From positions 372,001 to 436,000 of the forward strand of contig NW_003314330.1 of assembly GCF_000143415.4 (NCBI RefSeq): a stretch of DNA of 64,000 bases, given 5' to 3'. The position numbers and the translations under genes were made by a program. Shown piece by piece: positions 54,508 through 64,000 of this stretch; the first letter of the stretch is position 1, and every line of letters starts with the position of its first letter. The notes beneath the pieces were generated by a model. The model was not told the DNA's origin and made no database searches. It worked only from the letters and a program-made list of their open reading frames with translations. The stretch comes from Selaginella moellendorffii (Eukaryota; Plantae; Lycopodiophyta).

Positions 54508-55439
54508 TTATTGTAATGGAAAGCACAAGAATTTTGGAACAAATTTACCACCGCGCTCCAACCAACAATACATCAAAGCAAGTTCCTGCGCAAGTGCAAC
54601 CAGAACCTTTGCTTTGCTCATACTTTGCTCTTTCAGAACTGGGCGATCTTCAGGCAGGATGTTCTCAGTTGCATCTGCAAAATCTTTGACCACGTCGATG
54701 GCGCACTTCTGATCCGAAGAGAAGCCCCTTAAGCACCACAAGTAGTCCACGGGAGAGTCCGTCATGTGTGGCACGATGAAAGCCAAGTACGCAAACGTAA
54801 AGCATGCGTTCCACTCGAGCAAACACTTCCAAGTCGATAAGTGACGGGCAGCAAGAATGGGCCAGAAGATCCCAGCTTGCAAACACAAGAAAACCAGTAC
54901 CGTCGTGGCGGGATCATCGCGCTTCCCATGAAACCAGAAATCTTCCTCAAACCAGTGGCAAATTCCCATGAATACGTTGGAGACGTAGCAAAATGAGATG
55001 ATAACGTCAAGCATGCACAAGACAACCTCATTCGAGCATACCGTGAGCCAAACGCTAGCAATCGCACCGATCAAAAGAGTGTACTTAAGAAAACACCTCT
55101 TGCTACGAACGACCGTCCTGATCAACCCTAGAGAAAGAGAAAGGTGGCGGGTGTTGGCAAGAGAGTTTCCTGTGGAAACTTACCGCTGACTATGATCTCT
55201 CCAAGGAGAACAAAACCCACAAAAGCGTACGTAGCGGGGTGACTTGTTTTGTTGATCACCGATACGAGATTGTGGAAGGCATGGCCCCAAAAGATCCATA
55301 TCAAATGAAACACAGTGACAACGTAACTCAGCCCAAAGAAAAATCCTTGGCGCTGGAAAGCCCAGCCGTGATTCACCCAGCTTCGCTCGATATCTCTCAA
55401 GGAATGTTTGCGAGGATCTAGGAAGCCTTTACTCTCCAT
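54508..55439 (-). CDS. Divergent polytopic membrane protein (paralog 2, tandem duplicate)
   Basis: Shares SLxxIE..W..H.W.FQRQ, FCYVSN..MGI.H.F.ED.W.HGK, DSP..YL and KDFADAT.N.LP.D with the 53404-54447 protein; intron near 55135-55183. Confidence 0.6.
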
Positions 55440-55568
55440 TGCCCAGATAGATATAAACCCTAACTCCAGTTAATCTAAGTTTTTGAGTGCTCTGTTTTTA
55501 GGGTAACATTTTTTTGGTAGGGTAAAGTTCTAGCATTGCGAACAAGGTTTTGGGATAGGAGGGGGAGA

Positions 55569-56554
55569 ATGTCGGACTTCGATGTGAAGATCGACTATGT
55601 GTTCAAGGTAGTACTGATTGGCGACTCCGCGGTGGGCAAATCCCAGCTGCTGTCGAGATTCGCGCGCGACGAGTTCACCCTCGAGTCCAAATCCACAATT
55701 GGCGTCGAGTTCCAGACCCGCACCATTTCGGTCGACGGCAAGACTATCAAGGCGCAGATCTGGGACACGGCCGGCCAGGAGAGGTAAATTCCAATCGATA
55801 TCTCATCTCAGCTAGAGAGCTTCCTTCCGCCCCCGCCCCACTGTTACTAAATAGTTTCTCGTCCATGGAGTAACTTCCCGCAAATCTCTCTATACTTTTA
55901 GATCCTTATGCAGGAAATCTCTGCGCCCCTCTAGAGTCCGATAGATCCCTTCCACATTCATTCTAAGCTTTGAGAGATCTTCCCAGTCCAAGCTGTCTCC
56001 TCGATTTCAATAGATCATGGGAGAACCATAGAAGAGTTTTCTCCAGAGATCTTCCAAGCTGTCTCTTTAGCTTTACAAACTCACGAGGATCTCTCTCTTT
56101 GGCCAGGTACCGGGCGGTGACGAGCGCTTACTACCGCGGCGCGGTGGGCGCCATGCTCGTCTACGACATCACGAGAAAGCAAACCTTCGAGCACGTAGCG
56201 CGGTGGCTGGAAGAACTTCGCAACCACGCGGACAACAACGTGGTGATCATGATGGTGGGAAACAAATCCGACTTGAGCAACAGCCGGACCATGTCCGTGG
56301 AGGAGGGCCGGGAGTTTAGCGAGAAGGAGGGGCTCTACTTCATGGAGACGTCGGCGCTCGACTCCACCAACGTAGAGACGGCCTTCACGACGGTGCTGAC
56401 CGAGATCTACAAGATCGTGAGCAAGAAGAGCCTGGCTGCCGACGATCCAAACGGGGGACTGGCCAATGTGATGCCACCCGTGCCATCGGGCAACAAGATC
56501 CTCCTGGATGACGAGCTCACGGCGGTGAAGAAGAGGGCGTGCTGTAGTACGTAG
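55569..56554 (+). CDS. RABA4: Rab11-family small GTPase, RABA4-like, 2 exons
   Basis: [66 protein letters not shown]-terminal CCST. Confidence 0.93.
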
Positions 56555-57199
56555 CTTGCACTGATCATTGATTCTTCTATATATACATTATTAAGTTTTT
56601 TCTCTTTTATTTTAAAGTTTTGTAATTTTTTTCTGTTAAACATTTGCACTTGAAACATTATAATTTTGGATAGTGAATGAAAAATTTTGAAAATTAAAAT
56701 TATAAGTTTTATAAATTAATCTAAATAATTTTTAAATTTATTATATTTTAGTATTGAGTAAACTAAATGAGTTATCAATTTATAAAATATTTGATTTAAG
56801 TTATATTTATTTAATGTCATGATATGGTTTAGAGGTGAATTTTTTAGGATGAAGTTGTTAAATAGCTTTTAGAATATTAAATTAAACTGAGTAAAGACAT
56901 AACTAAATTTAAGAGGTTTACTTTTAACTTCTATTAATTTTTCCAACAAAATATAAATGATAATATATCATTAAATATAATTAAAAATATGAAGAAAATT
57001 TTAATATAATACAATTTTTTTTAGTTAAAAATTTAACATATATATATATTCAATTAACTTATATACAGGAGCGAGTGGTTCGAATTAAAAATAATTGATG
57101 GTTATCAAAATCCCACTATGCTAATATTAATATATTACATTATAAATATATATTTAGACCTAATATCATCCCCTCTTCTCAGAAAGATGGAATACAATT

Positions 57200-59950
57200 A
57201 AAATCTCTTAATTGATAGGCTGGGATTTTAATGAACATAAGAGGCACTAGTAAATTTGTAAGTGGTGTAATTTTTTCTAATCCTTTTATATAAAATAAGT
57301 TGTCACATATGTAAAATTTCTAGAGGATTGGACAGTTGAATATTATGCCTAACCTCATAAATTTGCAATCCAATTTGCCATAACATCTAATACAGTCCCT
57401 TCCATTAAGCAAGGAGACTCTTAAATAAATTACATAACATAAGATTGAGAAAAGAAAACAGCACTAAATCATATTTTATATTTTGTATGTGGATAATAAT
57501 AAAAGTTGTAGCACAGCTATTATCCCATTTATATGTAGCTCAAATGTTTAATAGACTTTGCTCAAACCACTGGATGTAAAATACTAATCCCAAGACTTAA
57601 CATCAATAACTCATGATAATCGTGAAGGTAAGCTCAACTCCATTGGCAATATTGGGTCATAACTAAATATAAGTTTATATGATGAGGCACAACTAAACTC
57701 TATACCTCTATAACATATGCAATCATCCTAATTGAAATATTAAAAGTTCATATAATTTGCAATTATCCCTTTAAAAGTTTAAATGAGTCAATTCTACCAA
57801 ACCATCCATTTGTGAATGATAAACACTAGTGTAAATATAGCATATCCTTAACTGAGACTATAAAGACATGAAGTGCCTCAACCATAAACGTTGGAACATT
57901 CTCTAAAAGAATATGCTCTAGATATAAATATTGAAATACCACTTAATTGAAGAAGAAATATCCAATAACAGTCACAGATGCCCTAACAAGAGCATCAACT
58001 TCCACCCACTAAATCAAATAGTCAAAAGTAATAATGATATATTTATTGTCAATAATCAACTGTGGAAAAAGTCCTATCAAATCAAATATGTAGTGTATGC
58101 GGTTTTCACCCTTTATTCTATGGTGATTTACTATAGGATAACCATGAAGTAAAACTTAAACCCTATATATGCCACGTGTCATATACCATGTGCCATATGC
58201 TATGTGTCCCAAGGACAACTTGAATTTCCATGCCTTAGGCCACTGAGTGAAGGTATAGAGCAAAATTCCTAAGCATGGAGCCAAGGAGTGATAGAACCGA
58301 AGCATAGAGCAACTCCCAAGCGTATAGCTCAAGGAGCAAAGGGACAGGAGGACAGAGCAACTTGGAATAGTCCTAAAATATCCAGCATCCCAATGCTAGG
58401 ACCAGTACTTAAAACGGAGCTCAATGAAGTTTAGCATTATTTTAGTATACTAATAGCCTAACGCAAGGCTTCACTAACTAGTATGGTGTGGAACTTGGGC
58501 TTAGACCCAAACCAAATGTAGAACAAAGACAAGCATGCAAGCAAGGGCTAGAGTATGCCCTCCCTTTGAGGAATGCATATTTTATACTTTCACCCTTAGT
58601 CAACCTTAGTACCAGGAGTTGGTCTTTATGACTAACTTGAAATTTACTAAATATGAAATAGAACTAGATTGTGAATTTGAACATGGGACGAACACCATTA
58701 TGTTCAAAACAATCTCTACATTCTATAGATATGCCAAATTAACAAATTTAGACACTTTCTATAAATAGCAATTGGGATCAAATAGAACTAACACAAAGTG
58801 CATGATAGCAAGGGTGTTTAACAAACATGGTAAATTATCATTTAGTGATAGTGAGGGACTAGTCTTAATACACGAGGGTATTTATCAAGCCAATGCAAGA
58901 CAAAACAAAAGAGAACTAAGAGCCAAGTTGAGTATGCTTAGTACAAAACACATAGAAGTTCCTATTTTATATTCATTTGGCTAAGTACAAATGTTAAACT
59001 CAATTTATTAACACTTAAACAAAAAGGACTGATAAAGGGTTTAGCTATACCAACCTCCTACCATCGTGGCAGTAAAAAAAGAATATCCAAAAGGACTCGC
59101 CGACAGGTAACTTTCGATACCCGTAGTTATATTCGCAACAAAATACCACCAACTCAGATGGATGGAAAACTACAATTGACTCCAACCATCCTTCCACAAT
59201 ATGATAGGGAGTATTATGAGTTTGACACTAAACACAATTATACATATACTAAATAACATTATGTTGCTTCTTTAGTTAATAGAAAGACTTGTGCAGCTTC
59301 TCAATCACATGAAAATATCTTATATCTCTATCTAAAATAGAAGAGTTATAGTAAGCGTAGAGAAAACGTGGAATAAATATTGAAGACACCACCAACTACA
59401 AATGGTCATTAAAGGATCAGTCCCCACAAAATAAAGAAAGTTGTCCTTAAGATGATATTAAAAATATAAATGCTGAAATGTCAAGTCATCAATAAGTATT
59501 GTATGATTCTTAAACCTATCATGAAGCTTTCAAATTCATAATTTAGCATTTGAGCCTCATAAACCTCATCAAGAGAAAGTAAATCTAAATCTACATCTTA
59601 TAAACACTGAATATCAAATATAGTGAATACTAATGGCATGGAATCCTTATCTAAAACATCCACTAATACTAAAGCAATAAGCTTATCAAGAACATAAGAA
59701 AAAAGTAAAGAAGGGAGAGGAGCTTAAAAAAGGCTATCAATATCAACTGTAGAACTCCTCAAATGATAAATGACCTCAAAAGTTATATATTTGAAACTTT
59801 AAAACAACCAAGTTATACAATTAACTAATTTCTTCTACTTTAATAATGAAGTGACTATACCCTTCAACAATGTCAAAAAACCATGCAAGTATGCATGAGA
59901 TTTCTCAAAACCCCAAACTACTACTAAGCACTCCTTCTCTATTGTGGAGT
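57200..59950 (-). mobile_element. Heavily degenerate retroelement remnant (host of the solo LTR)
   Basis: AT-rich, no intact ORF; fragments resemble decayed antisense gag/pol sequence. Family not resolvable by eye. Confidence 0.35.
58089..59140 (-). mobile_element. Solo LTR (1052 bp) with 5-bp target-site duplication AAATA
   Basis: Bounded by TG...CA with AAATA at 58084-58088 and 59141-59145; reverse-complement homolog of 59998-61142. Confidence 0.85.
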
Positions 59951-59997
59951 GGTTCATTTTTATTAGTTATAATTTATGATTGATAGGATGATATTGA

Positions 59998-61154
59998 TGT
60001 CGCGAATGTGACTTCGGGTATCGAAAGTTACCTATCGGCCAATCCTTACGGACACTCTTTCCTTACTGCCATGACGGCGGAAGGTCAGTATAGCTGGACC
60101 CTTTATCAGTCCCTTCTGGGCTAGTGGAGTTAATTAGGCATTTCGAGTGTATTTGACCGGGACGAGCATAGGGACGGAAATCCTACGTGTTATTAGCTAA
60201 GCATACTTAGCCCCAGTAAAGAGTTTCTTTCTCGTTATGTCTTGCACTGGCTAATGACAAGAACCCTCGCATATTGAGATTAATCCCTCAATATTGCTAG
60301 ATGATAACTTACCGTGTCTAGCTATCATGGCTTTTGTGTTAGTCTTATTTCGGTCCCAAATGCTATTTATGGAAAGTGTCTAGATTTGCTCATTTGGCAT
60401 ATCTACAAAATGTAGAGATTGTCCTAAACACAATGGTGTTCGTCCAGTGTCCAAATTCACAATCTAACACCATTCCATATTTAGTAAGTTTTGACCTTCT
60501 CCCAGAGACTAACTCCTGATACTAAGGGAGGCTTAGGGTGAAAGCCCAAAGTATGTGTTCCTCAAGGGAAGGGGGGTGGGGGGGCGCTGTGGGGGGTTCC
60601 AAATGTATAGTAGGGATAGTGGGTAGGTTGGGCATGGTTGACTAACCTGAGGCATAGTCTAGCTCTTACTTGTGTGCTTGTCCTTATTCTGCATTTGGCT
60701 TGGGTCTAAGCCCAAGTTCTATTCCATGCTAGCTGGTGAAGTACCTATATCCTCACGTTAGACCACTGGTATGCCGAAATAACGCTAAACTCCATTTGGC
60801 TCCGTTTTGTATGTTGGTCTTGGCATTGGGATGTTAGTTGCTTTAGGACTATTCTAAGTTGCTCTGGGCTCTTGTCCCTTCGCTCCTTGGGATATATGCT
60901 CGGGAGTTGCTCCGTGATCTGGTTCCGTCACTCCATGGCTCCATGCTTGGGAGTTTGGCACCGTTCCTTTGTTTAGTGGCCCAAGGCCCTGAACCTCGGG
61001 TTCCGCACCACTGTCCTTTGGACAAGTGGCAGATAAGATGTGGCATATGTCACGTGGCATAAAGAGGGTTTAGGTTCCGCTTCGTGGTGTTATTCTATAG
61101 TAAATCACCATAGGATAAAGGGTAAAAACCACGTGTGCTACATTTAGTATCAGA
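59998..61154 (+). mobile_element. 5' LTR (59998-61142) of the same family followed by a degenerate tRNA-Met PBS
   Basis: Starts TGTCGCGAAT, ends ...GCTACA, followed by TTTAGTATCAGAG (cf. TGGTATCAGAGC). Confidence 0.8.
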
Positions 61155-63354
61155 GAATGAGTTTTGGCGAGTACTATCCAATGAGATTGGGTAACTAGTC
61201 TCGTTGCATATGCAGAGATGAAAACGATGATCCGAGTGGGTACACGTTTGGGTGCAAAGGCTTTGCAATCATTCTTTGGATATGGATTTGGTTACGTTTT
61301 GTACCGTAATAATGTGAGCTTACTCTTGGGCTCATAAGAGGGATTATCAGTGGTTCCATGAGTTGTTCCATGTACCATGGGTGAAAGTGAACCTTCCCTG
61401 GGTTTGCTATGAGTGGCAAATAGGCTGGTCCATAGCTATTTAGCATGGCACTAGTGGATCCTTCTTAGGCATGGTTACAAGTGGATCAATTAAGATTGTA
61501 GGGATTAGTCTATTTGTTCAAGTAATCATTGCCATGCTCTTTCATAAACTTTTCTTGGATTGGATTAAAGGCAATGTGAAAGCAAGCTTGAGGTTTAGTC
61601 AAAGATAAAATTGAAAAGAGAGTCTTCAGGGATGAAGGATCAAACACGTAAATCATTTTCTCTTTTTGAAGAGATGAAGTGCTAACTCATTGCTTATGTT
61701 CACATCATGCAATCAAGAGTCCCTACCTTGATACATGTTGGTAATGATGGTCTTACAAATGATGAGTTGTGGGATGGATAACAATGAAGCGCTATACCAT
61801 TTTATCTAAGCTTGCTATTTGAAGGCTTTGGTTACAATGCTCAATTCTTTTTCGGGGAACCTTGCTATTGCTCCATGAATAACTTGGTGTTGGATTAATT
61901 TTGAGTTTGATCGGAAAAAGAGTGGCATGAGCTTATCCATATTGTGAATAAAAGTTAGTAGTATTGGGTGTTATAAATTTCTATTCGTGAAGTGTGGCAT
62001 TTATGTTACATTTTGTCGAATTAAGTTGGCACTTGATACTAACATAAACCTTTGAATTAGTGACATGGGCATTGCTTGTGGTGTTGCTCAATTGATGATC
62101 AAGTCATTGTGATACTTATATCATATTCATGTGATTGTGAGTAATGTGTTTACGAAGTTGTTTGGTTAAACGATGATCAACCCCAAAGTGGTTGATGGTG
62201 AAGCTAATCTACTTACATATAGTAGCATTGTAGTAGCTTTGACTGGATTCTTGATGGTAGTTTATTATGCTAAGCTTAAATTGGTCTTGTTCGTTGAGAG
62301 TTTGCCCATTGAAGTGTTGTAAAGAGGTTATAGCATTAACTTGTTATGGTTTTGTAAGCGACTAATTTTTCCATTTTACTTTAGTCACTTAACCGCACCT
62401 CCGACCACTTGGAGGAGTCTCACTCACAACCTTCGTAAGTCCTATTTTGGACTTAGGCTTACTAGCCCCGAGAATGGCATCCCCACCACTCATCCTATGC
62501 ACTTGGTCCAAGTGCTCCACGTGTCCGATCCCATGACCGACACCCCAAGGTACCACCAACATATCAGCCTGTTACGCTAAGGCCATGTCTATTCACCTTG
62601 GTCACAACAATGGTCTGACACCACCTGCATCCCAGTCCCGTCACTCAAAGACTGGGCCATCCATCCACGAGTGATCATCCCAGATCCACTCCTTAGCATC
62701 CTTAGGATGCCCACAGACATGGGGATTAGCCTTCCCCAATATCTTTGTTCCAGTCCCCACCAAGTCCCTTTTCGTCCTTAGCCGTGCTCGCCAACACTAC
62801 CACTGGATCAAGGCCCACGGGCCCGACCACTAAGTCCCACTGTCCTCTAGGACTTCCTCCTTGTGTGACCGTGTCCTTGGTCACCACACCAAAGGACTAC
62901 TCCTCTTCCTTTCCACAGTCTGGGACTTCGGGACGACATTTCGGAACACCGTGGCCCTACGCGGGCCTCATGGGTACTCTCCCTGCCTTTCGCCTTTAGG
63001 TGCTCTAGCCATGGGCTTAGAGCGAGGTTCCATTGAGCCACACCAGGTATCCAAGTAGGTAGTGCCACCCACACTTGAACTGGGAGCATCGGCCAAACGA
63101 TCTCCCGGGGGAACTAGAGCCGGCTCTTGAACACTTCACCAAGCTACCCCGCTTGTCGGTCTGTGTTCACTCTAGTCTTGGACTTCCCAGTGGGCAGCTC
63201 ATCACCCAACACTGGGTCCGGCCTTCCTGGGCCAAACTGGCCTTTCCTGGCCAAACTGACTCCACTGCAGTCCTCCCCCTCCTATACTTTTGGAGCTCAC
63301 CAAACCCCCCAGGGTCTGGGAGACGAACGCTTTGGGCTTTCACCCTCTCAGACT

Positions 63355-63913
63355 TGGACTCGGACTCGGACTCGGACTCGGACTCGGACTCGGACTCGAC
63401 CTCGGCCTCGGCCTTGGTCTCGGTCTCGGTCCCGATCTTGGTCCCAGTCCCGGTCTCGGTCCTGGTCTCGACTTCGGACTCCATCTCGGGTCCATCTCGG
63501 GTCCATCTCGGGTCCATCTCGGACTCCATCTCGGGTCCATCTCGGACTCCACCTCGGGTCCATCTCGAACTCCACCTCGGGTCCATCTCGGACTCCATCT
63601 CGGGTCCATCTCGGACTCCACCTAGGGTCCATCTCAGACTCCACCTCGGGTCCATCTCGGACTCCATCTTGGGTCCCTCTCGGGTCCATCTCGGACTCCA
63701 TCTCGGGTCCATCTCGGACTCCATCTCGGGTCCATCTCGGACTCCATCTCGGACTCCATCTCGGACTCCGTCTCGGTCCACCTCGGACTCCATCTCGGAC
63801 TCCATCTCGGACTCCGTCTCGGTCCACCTCGGACTCCATCTCGGACTCCATCTCGGACTCCGTCTCGGTCCACCTCGGACTCCATCTCGGACTCCGTCTC
63901 GGTCCATCTCGGA
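63355..63913 (+). repeat. GC-rich minisatellite: (GGACTC)n grading into mixed 11/12-bp units GGGTCCATCTC / GGACTCCATCTC
   Basis: Tandem units directly visible; probably within another TE/LTR. Confidence 0.92.
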
Positions 63914-64000
63914 CACTTCCACGTGTCATGTGTTGGTCCTTTTTGGGTCCCTTTTTGGAGCCTTGCTTATTGGTTGCCTCGTGCTCGCTCCTCGAGCACT

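Noticed and set aside
63355-63913. CRISPR-like array
   Set aside because: No unique spacers, eukaryotic context and no cas genes.
63167-63929. Repetitive ORFs (MESEMDPRWSPRW...)
   Set aside because: Products of a minisatellite with mixed 11/12-bp units that shift frame; not credible proteins.

Overview
Gene-dense plant nuclear DNA with very short (~50-70 nt) GT-AG introns, tiny intergenic spacers and PLS-type PPR genes rich in short repeats. These traits most resemble the lycophyte Selaginella (inference, not verified). Positions 1-56.6 kb hold about 25 protein-coding genes: RNA Pol III largest subunit, CDKD, an AG peptide, a hybrid histidine kinase, anthranilate synthase alpha, a TIFY8-like protein, LYRM7, GT90, UBC, three PPRs, plastid ACP plus a pseudogene copy, an EEF1AKMT1-like methyltransferase, CRCK, a CXE/GID1-family protein, an 8-Cys secreted protein, an RRM-SPOC protein, a NYN-LOTUS nuclease, CLC, two divergent membrane proteins and RabA. 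Positions 56.6-64 kb are a transposon-derived block with a solo LTR flanked by a target-site duplication (TSD), an inverted second LTR with a primer-binding site (PBS), and a minisatellite. The most notable observations are: (1) an intron-rich hybrid histidine kinase with bacterial-type dCache-HAMP-HisKA-HATPase-REC-REC architecture, unlike the known angiosperm classes; (2) a ~1.3-kb fold-back hairpin built from a Ty1/copia gag fragment with a near-perfect 114-bp inner stem; (3) a GID1/CXE-fold protein lacking its catalytic Ser and probably its Asp; (4) a tandem pair of truncated, highly diverged OCT/MFS-like proteins. Gene models were spliced by eye, so exon boundaries are approximate.
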